NCBI GenBank assembly: GCA_052327205.1
Contig: CM126232.1
Span: forward strand, 9,982,001 to 10,046,000
Direction of reading: 5' to 3'
DNA: 64,000 nt
Origin: Somniosus microcephalus
Lineage: Eukaryota
A model generated the notes under the pieces. The model had not been told where the DNA came from, made no database searches, and saw only the letters and a list, made by a program, of their open reading frames with translations. Shown here piece after piece: positions 27,601-38,975 of the stretch (its first letter is position 1; every line of letters begins with the position of its first letter). A program made the translations under genes and the position numbers.

Positions 27601-30600
27601 GGAGTTAGTGATGGGGAAGGGATTGAGTTCGTGATGGGGAAGGGATGGAGTTAGTGATGGGGAAGGGATGGAGTTAGTGATGGGGAAGGGAGGGAGTTAG
27701 TGATGGGGAAGGGGCGGAGTTAGTGATGGGGAAGAGACGGAGTTAGTGATGGGGAAGGGAGTCAGTTAGTGATGGGGAAGGGATGGAGTTAGTGGTGGGG
27801 AAGGGATGGATTTAGTGATGGGGAAGGCATGGATTCAGTCATGGGGAAGGGATGGTGTTAGTGATGGGGATGTGATGGTGTTAGTGGTGGGGAAGGGATG
27901 GGTTTAGTGATGGGACTGGGATGGAGTTCGTGATGGGGAAGAAATGGAGATGGTGATGGGGAAGGGATGGAGGTAGTGGTGGGGAAGGGATGGATCTCAT
28001 GTTGGAAAAGGGATGATGTTAGTGATGGGGAAGGAATGGATTTAGTAATGGTGAAGGGATGGAGTTGTTGACGGCGAAGCGATGGATTTAGTGATGGGGC
28101 CGGGATGGAGTTAGTGATGAGGAAGAGATGCAGTTAATGATGAGGACGAGATGGAGTTAGTGATGGGGAAGGGATGGAGTTAGTGATGGGGAAGGGAAGG
28201 ATTTAGTGATGGGGAAGGGAAGGAGTTACTAATGGGGAAGGGATGGAGTTAGTGATGGGGAAGGGATGGAGATAGTGATGGGGAAGGGATGGAGTTAGTG
28301 ATGGGGAAGGGATGGAGATAGTGATGGGGAAGGGATGGAGTTACTGATGGAGATAGTGATGGGGAAGGGATGGAGTTAATGATGGGGAAGGGATGGAATT
28401 AATGACCAGGGAAGGATGGAGTTAATGATGGGGAAGGGATGGAGTTAATGATGGGGAAGGGATGGAGTTAGTGATGGGGAAGGGATGGAGTGAGTGATGG
28501 GACAGGGATGGAGTAAGTGATGGGAAAGGATGGATTTGGTGATGGGACAGGGATGGAGTAAGTGATGGGGAAGGGATGGAATTAGTGATGGGAAAGGGAT
28601 GGAATTAGTGATGGGGATGGGATGGAGTTAGTGATGGGGAAGCGAAGGAGTTAGTGATGGGGAAGGGATGGAGTTAATGATGGGGAAGGGATGGATTTCG
28701 TGATGGGGAAGGGATGGAGTTAATGATGGGAAGGAATGGAGTTAGTGATGGGGAAGGGATGGAGTTAGTGATGGGGAAGTGAAAGAGTTAGTTATGGGGA
28801 AGAGCAGGAGTTAGTGATGGGATGGTTTGGAGTTAGTGATGGGGAAGTGATAGACTCAGTGTTGGGGAAGGGACGGATTTAGTGATGGGGAAGGGATGTG
28901 GTCAGTGATGGGGAAGGGATGGAGTTAGTTATGGGGAAAGGATGGAGTTAATGATGGGGAAGGGATGGCGTTAATAATGGGGAAGGCATGGAGTTAGTGA
29001 TGGGGAATGGATGGAGTTAGTGATGGGGAAGGAATGGAGTTAGTGATGGGGAAGGGACGGAGTTCGTGATGGGTAAGGGAAGGAGTTAGTGATGGGGAAG
29101 TGATGCTGTTAGTGATGGGGAAGTGTTGGATTTATTGGTGGGGAAGGGATGGAGATAGTGAAGGGGAAGGGATGGAGTTAGTGATCAGGAAGGGATGGAG
29201 TTCGTGATGGGGAAAGCATGGAATCAGTCATGGGGAAGGGATGGTGTTGGTGATGGGGATGTGATGGTGTTATTGTTGGGGAAATGATGGATTTAGTGAT
29301 GGGGAAGGCATGGAGTCAGTCATGGGGAAGGGATGGTGTTGGTGATGGGGATGTGATGGTGTTAGTGTTGGGGAAGGGATGGGTTTAGTGATGGGACTGG
29401 GATGGAGTTAGTGATGGGGAAGAAATGGAGATGGTGATGCGGAAGGGATGGATGTAGTTGTGGGGAAGGGATGGATCTCATGTTGGAAAAGGGATGATGT
29501 TAGTGATGGGGAAGGAATGGATTTAGTAATGGCGAAGGGATGGAGTTAGTGATGGGGCAGGGATGGAGTTAGTGATGAGGAAGAGATGGAGTTAATGATG
29601 AGGATGAGATGGAGTTAGTGATGGGGAAGGGATGGAGTTAGTGATGGGGAAGGGATGGAGTTAGTGATGGGGAAGGGATGGAGTTAGTGATGGGGAAGGG
29701 ACCAAGTTAGTGATGGGGAAGGGATGGATTTAGTGATGGGGAAGGAATGGAGTTAGTGATGGGGAAGGGATGGAGTTAGTGATGGAATGGTTTGGAGTTA
29801 GTAATGGGGAAGTGATGGAATTAGTGATGGGGATGGGATGGAGTTACTGATGGGGCAGGAATGGAGTTAGTGATGGGGAAAGGATGGAGTCAGTGATGGG
29901 GAAGGGATGGAGTTAGTGATGGGGAAGGGAAGGATTTAGTGATGGGGAAGGGAAGGAGTTACTGATGGGGAAGGGATGGAATTAGTGATGGGGAAGGGAT
30001 GGAGATAGTGATGGGGACGGGATGGAGTTACTGATGGGGAAGGGAAGGAGTTAGTGATGGGGAAGGGATGGAGTTAGTGATGGGGAAGGGATGGAGATAG
30101 TGATTGGGAAGGGATGGAGTTAGTGATGGGGAAGGGATGGAGTGAGTGATGGGACAGGGATGGATTAAGTGATGGGAAGGGATGGAGTTGGTGATGGGTA
30201 TGGGAAGGGGTTAGTGATGGGGAAGTGATGGAGTTAGTGATGGTAACTTCGATGGAGTTAGTGATGTGGTAGGGATGGATTTAGTGATGGGGAAGGGATG
30301 GAGTTATAGATGGGGAAAGGGTGGAGTTAGTGATGGGGAAGGGATGGAGATTGTGATGGGGAAGGGATGCAGTTTGTGATGGGAATGGGATGGAGTTAGT
30401 GATGGGGAAGGAATGGAGTTAGTGATGGGGAAGAAATGGAGTTCGTGCTGGGGAAGGGATGGATTTAGTGATGGGGAAGGGATGGAGTTAGTGATGGGGA
30501 AGGGATGAGTTAGTGATGGGGAAGGGATGGATTTAGTGATGGGGAAGGGATGGAGTTTGTGATGGGGAAGGGATGAGTTAGTGATGGGGAAGGAATGGAG

Positions 30601-32107
30601 TTAGTGATGGGGAAGGGATGGATTTAGTGATGGGGAAGGGAAGGAGTTAGTGATGGGGAAGGGATGAGTTAGTGATGGGGAAGGGATGGAGTTAGTAATG
30701 GGGAAGGGATGGAGTTAGTGGTGGGGAAGGGATGGAGTTAGTGATGGGGAAGGGATGGAGTTAGTGATGGGGAAGGAATGGAGTTAGTGATGGGAAGAAA
30801 TGGAGTTTGTGATGGGGAAGGGATGGAGTTAGTGTTGCGGAAGGGATGGAGTTAGTGATGGGGAAGGGATGGAGATAGTGATGGGGAAGGGATGGAGTTA
30901 GTGATGGGGAAGGGATGGAGTTAGTGATGGGGAAGGGATGGAGTTAGTGATGGGGAAGGGATGGAGTTAGTGATGGGGAAGGGATGGATTTACTGATGGG
31001 TAAGGGATGGAGATAGTGATGGGGAAGTGATGGAGTTAGTGATGGGAAGGAATGGCGTTAATGATGGGGAAGGGATGGAGTTAGTGATGGGACATGGATG
31101 GACTAAGTGATGGGGAAGGGATGGAGTTAGTGATGGGGAAGTGATGGATTTAGTGATGGGGAAGGGATGGAGTTAGTGATGGGGAAGGGATGGAGTTAGT
31201 GATGGGGAAGGAATGGAGTTAGTGATGGGAAGAAATGGAGTTTGTGATGGGGAAGGGATGGAGTTAGTGATGGGGAAGGGATGGATTTAGTGATGGGGAA
31301 TGGATGGAGTTTGTGATGGGGAAGGGATGGAGTTAGTGATGGGGAAGGAATGGAGTTAGTGATGGGGAAGGGATGGAGTTAGTGCTGGTGAAGGGATGGA
31401 GTTAGTGATGGGGAAGGGATGGATTTAGTGATGGGGAAGGGATGGAGTAAGTGATGGGGAAGGGATGGAGTTAGTGATGGGGAAGGGATGGAGTTAGTGA
31501 TGGGGAAGGGATGGAGTTAGTGATGGGGAAGGGATGGAGTTAGTGATGGGGAAGGGATGGAGTTAGTGATGGGGAAGTGATGGATTTAGTGATGGGGAAG
31601 GGATGGAGTTAGTGATGGGACATGGCTGGACTAAGTGATGGGGAAGGGATGGAGTTAGTGATGGGGAAGTGATGGATTTAGTGATGGGGAAGGGATGGAA
31701 TTAGTGATTGGACTGTAATGGAGTTAATGATGGGGAATGATGGAGTTAGTGATCGGGAAGTGATGTAGTTAGTGATGGGGCAGGGATGCAGTCAGTTATG
31801 GGGAAGGGATGGAGTTAATGATGGGGAAATGATTGTGTTCGGGATGGGGAAGGGATGGATTTAATGATGTGGAAGCAATGGAGTTAGTGATGGGGAAGTG
31901 ATGAATTTAGTGATGGGGAAGGGATGGATTTAGTGATGGGGAAGGGATGGAGTTAGTGATGGGGAAGGAATGGATTTAGTGATGGGGAACGGGTGGAGTT
32001 AGTGAAGGGAATGGGATGGTTTTAGAAATGGGGAAGGGATGGTGTTAGTGATGGGGAAGTGATGAAGTTAGCGATATGGATCGGATGGAGTTAGTGATGG
32101 GGAAGGG
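9666..32107. repeat. ~22.4 kb satellite, 23-bp unit GTTAGTGATGGGGAAGGGATGGA (~975 copies by length), intronic
   Basis: Continuous degenerate tandem array, strongly G-skewed, with recurring variant blocks (higher-order repeats). No ORFs. Confidence 0.98.
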
Positions 32108-32290
32108 AACATAGGAATGGAGGAGGCCTTTTAACCCCTCGAGCCTTTTCCGCCATTCAATGTGATTCTGGCTGATCTCTGACCTAACTCCATGTACCTG
32201 CCTTTACCCCAATCCCTTAATATCTTTGGTTAGATTTAAAATTAACAGTTGACCCAGCATAAACTGCCATTTGTGGAAGATTGTTCCAAA
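32108..32290 (-). mobile_element. CR1 3' end fragment
   Basis: GAACATAGGAA..GGAGGCC...CCCCTCGAGCC...CCGCCATTCAAT is the reverse complement of a CR1 3' UTR (compare 61440-61525). Confidence 0.6.
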
Positions 32291-32355
32291 CATCTATTGT
32301 TAGTTACTTTTATATCATATTGTTTAGATTTCCTACATAAATCTGTAAAAGTCTT

Positions 32356-32745
32356 GGGCCTAGAAACTCAGTGGTTAGCGCCAGCCGCTAGCGCCTTAAG
32401 AGGCCGAGAAGCGGGGCGCGAGGCGGCTGGCGCCCGGGCGCGGCGCGATCTGCACCTCTCGCGAACTTCAGTCAAGAATTAGCGGCGGTGCAAAACAGTT
32501 GTGCCCACTCAGCTGCGCGCGCTGATCCTGACGTCATTTCATGGTGCAACGCCCTTTGTGCGCCCCGAACCGGAACTTCAGTGCCATAGCATTAATTCGA
32601 TACATCTAATGGGGACTGTAATGGGTGCAAAGGTTGGCTTACTGCATTGCATTCAGAGGGCTCAGAGACGCCGTGAGAGAGTGCCAGTCATGGCCAGACG
32701 GAGAAGGGCCAACAGGCGTCGGCACAGGAGGCCTTACCCACCCAG
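32356..32745 (+). mobile_element. Harbinger 5' terminus plus transposase N-terminus, truncated
   Basis: GGGCCTAGAAA start matches the TIR at 2220-2231. Encodes MGTVMGAKVGLL...RRRRANRRRHRRPYPPR, an Arg-rich Harbinger N-terminus. Confidence 0.7.
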
Positions 32746-33400
32746 GTCAGCTTGCTCATCCATCCTGCAGGCTTTTCCCTCATCCACACAGGGAGCAAGA
32801 ACCTCATAGTTGTTGGACAAGGGCAAAGGCTGAGGCTCCTCCAGCACTGTACCTGGAGTTCCCTTACCTGCCTGAGTTGCAATCACACCCTCCTGTCCCT
32901 GACCACTAACCAGACCTGTACCACTATCTAACCTAAGGGGTGTGACTGCCTCTTGGATCAAAGTGCCCAGGTAACTCTCCCCATCCCTGATGCCCCGCAA
33001 TGTCTGTACCTCAGACTCCAGCTCAAAAACTCTGAGCTGAAGTTCCTCAAGATGCAGGCACTTACTGCAAACGTGGTTGTCCGGGATCACAAAGCTCTCC
33101 ACTAACTCCCACATGCTGCAGTTGCGGCACACCACCTGCACTGCAATCCCAATATGACCTTGTTTTATTTAATTAAATTTGTATTTAGGTAACTTAGTTT
33201 ACAGTGTAGTTTCTTGACTACTTACTTGATCTAGATTAGGTTAAGGGTACTGAAATTAAATATCTGCCTGTAACACAAAGCACTACAAGTAGCGTAGGCA
33301 ACAAGCAGCAACTCCTTCCCCCTCTTATCCAAATTTCCACTCTTTCCAAACTCCCAAATAAAGCACTCTGTTCAATCCACTCCGTTTAATCCCACTCTGT
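32746..33400 (-). mobile_element. CR1 5' fragment (ORF1 zinc finger/leucine zipper); copies at ~37321-37970 and ~41892-42545
   Basis: MQVVCRNCSMWE...HVCSKCLHLEELQLRVFELESEVQTLR...LPLSNNYEVL, a typical CR1 ORF1 N-terminus. Confidence 0.8.
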
Positions 33401-33549
33401 GCACCAATATAAATGTCTGTAGTAACCAGAGCCGGTGATCAGTATCTGTGCAGTATTATCAATCCACCCGATCCCAGTGTCACCATTCTGATAGTTTCCA
33501 GTATGAATAATTGGAGATCAAAGGTCTCACTGATGGTTATTAAACTTAC

Positions 33550-33621
33550 TCTCCTTCAGCTGTGAAATGTCAGTCCTAAGTTCAGCGACTGAGCTTCTTG
33601 TCTCCTCAGACGTTCCTGTAA
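33550..33621 (-). CDS. C-type lectin neck exon B, copy 1 (72 nt): ITGTSEETRSSVAELRTDISQLKE
   Basis: Acceptor cctctttcag, donor GTAAGT, phase 1-1, open frame. Confidence 0.85.
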
Positions 33622-34330
33622 CTGAAAGAGGAACAACACTTGAGATCGTGTGGCACTGTTTGTAGAACAAGATCAATTTTGCTTTCGAACACGAGAGATT
33701 TTCACAGGAGAAAACAGACAAAACTGTTTCCACTGGTTGGCGAGTTGGTAACTGGAGGGCATCAACTGAAGATTTGAAGGTGATCAGCAACACAATGAAG
33801 GGAGAGGTTAGGAATTGTTTTATGCAAATGGTTTTTAAGACCTGGAATGGCCAACCAGAAATAGTGGCGGAAAAAAAGAAAGAAAGACTATTATTTATAC
33901 AGCGTCTTTCACGACCACCAGACGTCTCAAAGTGCTTTACAGCCAATGAAGTACTTTTGAAGTGTAGTCACTGTTGTAATCCCGGAGAGCCAGCACACAT
34001 GATGGTCTGAATGACCTCCTTCCGTGCTGTAAGATTCTATTGATTTTAATTGTACAGTACATGGACACTCATTTATTATCTATTTAATTTTCTTCTCTGG
34101 GAATTCCCCCAATGTGTTCACAGCATAAAAATCTGTAGTGCTTTTATAATGGGCCGATGGGAAGTGTGAACCAATCAAATCCACTTATACTTGATTGGTT
34201 CAAAATTTGAACCAAGCAAAACACTCCAGTGTGAAATGCACTGGAGATCAATCCTCGAAGAATGAGCAGACCATCTGAAAAACTAGAGAGCCCTTTGAAC
34301 TGGAGATCCTGACTGGCATTTAACACTTAC

Positions 34331-34405
34331 TGTTACTCTTTATCTGGGAAAGTTCCATCTTGAAATCGGCCAATGACGCTTTCATTTCACTGAACACCTG
34401 TGGAA
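34331..34405 (-). CDS. C-type lectin neck exon A, copy 1 (75 nt): IPQVFSEMKASLADFKMELSQIKSN
   Basis: Acceptor tttctatttcag, donor GTAAGT, phase 1-1. Two non-synonymous differences from copies 2 and 3. Confidence 0.85.
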
Positions 34406-35047
34406 CTGAAATAGAAAGACAGCTTTAGCTCCCAACCCAGAAACACACTGTGGCACAGGTTAGAATAGTTTGTACACAAATGGCAGCCAAGAGACTGTTC
34501 TGATACCAGATTGGAGTTTAATGATATCGTGAATAGACTAATGGTCCTGTCACCATCATTATTCTTGCTTGTTGTTGACTTTGATGTTCCTCGCACGAGG
34601 TGAGGATGTGTATTCCTTTGAGAGTTCTGAACACACAACACAATTGTAGGGAGGACAAGGAGAAAGCTCAGGTTTTAGGGCTGAAGTAGGTTACAGAGAT
34701 AGGGAAAGGCTGGGCCATGAATGGATTGGGGGACCTGGAGCCAATGTAGTTCAGTAAGGACAGGGGTGATGAGTGAGTGAGACTTGGGATGTGGGACACG
34801 ATATGGGCAGTAGAGATTTGGATGAGCTGAAGGTTATGGAGAGTGCAACATTGGAGGCCGGGCAGGAGAACAGCCGAGTCTGGAGGGGACAGAGGCATGG
34901 ATGAGGGTTTCAGCAGCACATGGTGGGTGATGTTACGGAAGTGGAAGTAGGCAGTCTTCGCGATGGAAAGGATATGGGGTTGGAAGCTGAAGTCGGGGTC
35001 CAATAGAATGCTGAGGTTTGGAACATTTTGGATCAGCCTGAGACAAT

Positions 35048-37255
35048 GGCCCCAATAATAACTCCGCGGTGTGTTTGGAGCGGGATGTGCAATGTCGGGT
35101 GGGAAATCAGGAAGGAATTTTAGCACCTCTGTCTGTGGCATTTTAGTGTAGCTACTTTATTATCATTTGCCTCCACGTTTGACATCGAATGCGGGGCACC
35201 GGGCGTGGTGCGGACCTGCCTGACATAATCTCAACTCCAGTATTTAAAGGTCCATTTCAAAGATGGAATTTGGAGGAGTTGGGAGTTTTTGCCCAGAGAC
35301 AGCCATTGTACAAATGGACTCAGGACGCTCAAAGGCTGCGTCCAACTTTAATAATGCATCGCTCGATGTACTGCTGAATGCTGTCAGGAGCCGGAGAGAG
35401 ATCCTCTTCGCCAGCAATGGGAAGAAGAAACCTGCTGCTGGCACAAAGGAGGCCTGGCTGGAGGTGGCCCAGGAAGTGAGCAGCAGGAGCATTGTGCCAC
35501 GTTCCTGGATTCAGTGCAGGAAGCGCTATAATGACCTAACCAGGTCAGGAAGGGTGAGTACAATTCCTCATGGCACATCAATCACGGCAATCAAATGAGA
35601 CCATGCAGCCCTTGATCACAACGTCTCTGGATACCTTAAATAGGATGACAGATCAATGGATGTGTAATAGGTGATCGGTTGTCTATAGAACTGCTTTGTT
35701 TTAGTGGGATTGAGGAGAGGAGCGAGGAGAGTGGCTGTTGGGTGTGATTGCTACATCGGTCCAGTGCTGGCATCTAACTGAACCTTACAGCCATAAGGGA
35801 ATCCCTGGCACCCGGACAGCAATGTGAGTGGCTGGTGCTGCATTGGGGTTGCCATATTCCTCTTGCTCCTGCTCCTCTTCCTCCTCGGATCCACCTGTAG
35901 ATGGTGTGCGCTCAGAGCCTTGTTCCTCCTGTGGAGCCTATCCTGCGCAATGATGTGCAGAGCGCAGCACACCACAATCATTCTGGACACCCTGGCTGGT
36001 GCGTAATGAAGGGCGCCTCCAGGTCTGTTGAGGCACCTGAAGCGCATCTTGAGCATGCCGATTGTGACACATCTGGTTGTCATATGGCTTTTGTTGTACT
36101 GCTCTTGGGCTTCATTGGTGGGTTTTCACGGGTGTCATCGGCCAAGTTTGAAGTGGGTAACCTTTGTCTCCTAGCAGCCATGCCTTAAGTCTGCTTGCAG
36201 CTCCAAAGACATCAGAGAGCTTGGACTACCGCAGGATGAAAGCACCGTGGCAGCTCCCCGGGAATCTTGCGGTTGCACAGCAGCTGCACATTGATGGATT
36301 GGAAGCCCTTGCGGTTGACGAATACTCCTGGTTGATCTGGGGTGCACGGATTGCCACGTGTGTGCAGTCGATGATGCGCTGCACCTGTGGGAAGCCAGCC
36401 AGAGGTACAAACCCGAGTGTCCGCTCATTCTGACTAGCCTCACCTCAGGTGATGTTGACACAATTGCCAGCCTTGGCAAACAGGCCATCACTCACCTCTC
36501 TTATATATTGTTGGGCCGCCGACTGGGAGATCCTGGATATGTCTCCGGTCGTGTCCTGGAAGGATCCGGAGGCAAAAAGGTTGAGGGTTGTGGTCACTTT
36601 TACAGCCACTGGTGGCCAACCAGGTCCAGAAGGGAGCAGGTCTTCTTCTTGGAGGCTGCAGATGTCTGCCACCACCTGACATGACAACCTGAGCCTCCTG
36701 AAACACTGCTGTTCGGACATGTCAAGGAAACTCAGCCTCGGCCTGTACGTCCTGTGTCGAGGGTAGCGCCCCCTGTGATCTGCCCCCTCTCTGTGCAGCA
36801 CCTCCTCTGCTGCCCCCTCTCTGTGCAGCACCCCCTCTGCTGCCCCCTCTCTGTGCAGCGCCCCCTCTGCTGCCCCCTCTCTGTGCAGCGCCCCCTCTGC
36901 TGCCCCCTCTCTGTGCAGCGCCCCCTCTGCTGCCCCCTCTCTGTGCAGCGCCCCCTCTGCTGCCCCCTCTCTGTGCAGCGCCCCCTCTGCTGCCCCCTCT
37001 CTGTGCAGCGCCCCCTCTGCTGCCCCCTCTCTGTGCAGCACCTCCTTTACTGCCCCCTCTCTGTGCAGTGCCCCCTCTGCTGCCCCCTCTCTGTGCAGCG
37101 CCCCCTCTGCTGCCGCCACTCTGTGCAGCGCCCCCTCTGCTGCCCCCTCTCTGTGCAGCGCCCCCTCTACTGCCCCTCTCTGTGCAGCGCCCCCTCTACT
37201 GCCCCCTCTCTGTGCAGCACCCCATCTGCTGCCCCCTCTCTGTGCAGCATCCCCA
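35048..37255 (-). mobile_element. Internally deleted Harbinger element (Myb/SANT exon 1 on +, 35314-35553; transposase remnant on -); copies at ~39619-41826 and ~44190-47350
   Basis: Plus strand MDSGRSKAASNFNNASLDVLLNAVRSRREILF...WLEVAQEVS...RSWIQCRKRYNDL then GTGAGT. Minus strand [41 protein letters not shown] and TIGMLKMRFRCL. Flanked on the left by an L2 fragment (34647-35047). Confidence 0.88.
36780..37255. repeat. 30-bp GC-rich minisatellite CTGCCCCCTCTCTGTGCAGCGCCCCCTCTG (~16 copies)
   Basis: Direct tandem array inside the Harbinger transposase N-terminus; reads [10 protein letters not shown] in the transposase frame. Confidence 0.96.
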
Positions 37256-38123
37256 GTGCCAGTCATGGCCAGATGGAGAAGGGCCAACAGGCGTCGGCAC
37301 AGGAGGCCTTACCCACCCAGGTCAGCTTGCTCATCCATCCTGCAGGCTTTTCCCTCATCCACACAGGGAGCAAGAACCTCATAGTTGTTGGACAACGGCA
37401 AAGGCCGAGGCTCCTCCAGCACTGTACCTGGAGTTCCCTTACCTGCCTGAGTTGCAATCACACCCTCCTGTCCCTGACCACTAACCAGACCTGTACCACT
37501 ATCTAACCTAAGGGGTGTGACTGCCTCTTGGATCAAAGTACCCAGGTAACTCTCCGCATCCCTGATGCCCCGCAATGTCTGTACCTCAGACTCCAGCTCA
37601 AAAACTCTGAGCTGATGTTCCTCAAGATGCAGGCACTTACTGCAAATGTGGTTGTCCGGGATCACAAAGCTCTCCACAAACTCCCACATGCTGCAGTTGC
37701 GGCACACCACCTACACTGTCATCCCAATATGACCTTGTTTTATTTAATAAATTTGTCTTTAGGTAACTTAGTTTACAGTGTAGTTTCTTGACTACTTTCT
37801 TGATCTAGATTAAGTTAAGGGTACTGAAATTAAATATCTGCCTGTAACACAAAGCACTACAAGTAGCGTAGGCAACAAGCAGCAACTCCTTCCCCCTCTT
37901 CTCCAAATTTCCACTCCTTCCAAACTCCCAAATAAAGCACTCTGTTCATTCCATTCCATTTAATCCCACTCTGTGCATCAATATAAATGTCTGTTGTAAC
38001 CAGAGCCGGTGATCAGTATCTGTGCAGTATTTACAATCCACCTGATCCCAGTGTCACCATTCTGATAGTTTCCAGTATGAATAATTGGAGATCAAAGGTC
38101 TCCCTGATGGTTATTAAACTTAC

Positions 38124-38195
38124 TCTCCTTCAGCTGTGAAATGTCAGTCCTAAGTTCAGCGACTGAGCTTCTTGTCTCCTCAGACGTTCCTGTAA
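38124..38195 (-). CDS. C-type lectin neck exon B, copy 2 (72 nt)
   Basis: Same coding sequence and splice sites as copy 1. Confidence 0.83.
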
Positions 38196-38900
38196 CTGAA
38201 AGAGGAACAACACTTGAGATCGTGTGGCACTGTTTGTAGAACAAGATCAATTTTGCTTTCGAACACGAGAGATTTTCACAGGACAAAACAGACAAAACTG
38301 CTTCCATTGTTTGGTGGGTTGCTAACCGGAGGGCATCAACTGAAGATTTGAAGATGATCAGCAACACAATGAAGGGAGAGGTTAGGAATTGTTTTATACA
38401 AACGGTTTTTAAGACCTGGAATGGCCAACCAGAAATAATGTCGGAAAAAAAGAAAGACTTTTATTTATACAGTGCCTTTCACGACCACCGGATGTCTCAA
38501 AGTGCTTTACAGCCAATGAAGTACTTTTGAAGTGTAGTCACTGTTGTAATCCCAGAGAGCCAGCACACGTGATGGGCTGAATGACCTCCTACCGTGCTGT
38601 AAGATTCTATTGATTTTAACTGTACAGTACATGGACACTCATTTATTATCTATTTAATTTTCTTCTCTGGGAATTCCACCAATGTGTTCACAACATAAAA
38701 ATCTGTAGTGCTTTTATAATGGGCCCATGGGAAATGTGAACCAATCAAATCCACTTATACTTGATTGGTTCAAAATTCGAACCAAGCCAAACACTCCAGT
38801 GTGAAATGCACTGGAGATCAATCCTCGAAGAATGAGCAGACCATCTGAAAAACTAGAGAGCCCTTTGAACTGGAGATCCTGACTGGCATTTAACACTTAC

Positions 38901-38975
38901 TGTTACTCTTTATCTGGGAAAGTTCCATCTTGAAATTGGCCAATGACGCTTTCATTTCACTGAACATCTGTGGAA
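38901..38975 (-). CDS. C-type lectin neck exon A, copy 2 (75 nt): IPQMFSEMKASLANFKMELSQIKSN
   Basis: Acceptor tttccatttcag, donor GTAAGT, phase 1-1. Confidence 0.83.

Noticed and set aside
9666-32107. CRISPR array or telomeric tract
   Set aside because: Units are contiguous with no unique spacers and no cas genes. TTAG is followed by TGA, not GG, so it is not TTAGGG.
33527-33946. Stand-alone 139-aa / 91-aa ORFs repeated in each unit
   Set aside because: Only the 72-nt exon B segment is coding; the rest is intron and SINE read-through.
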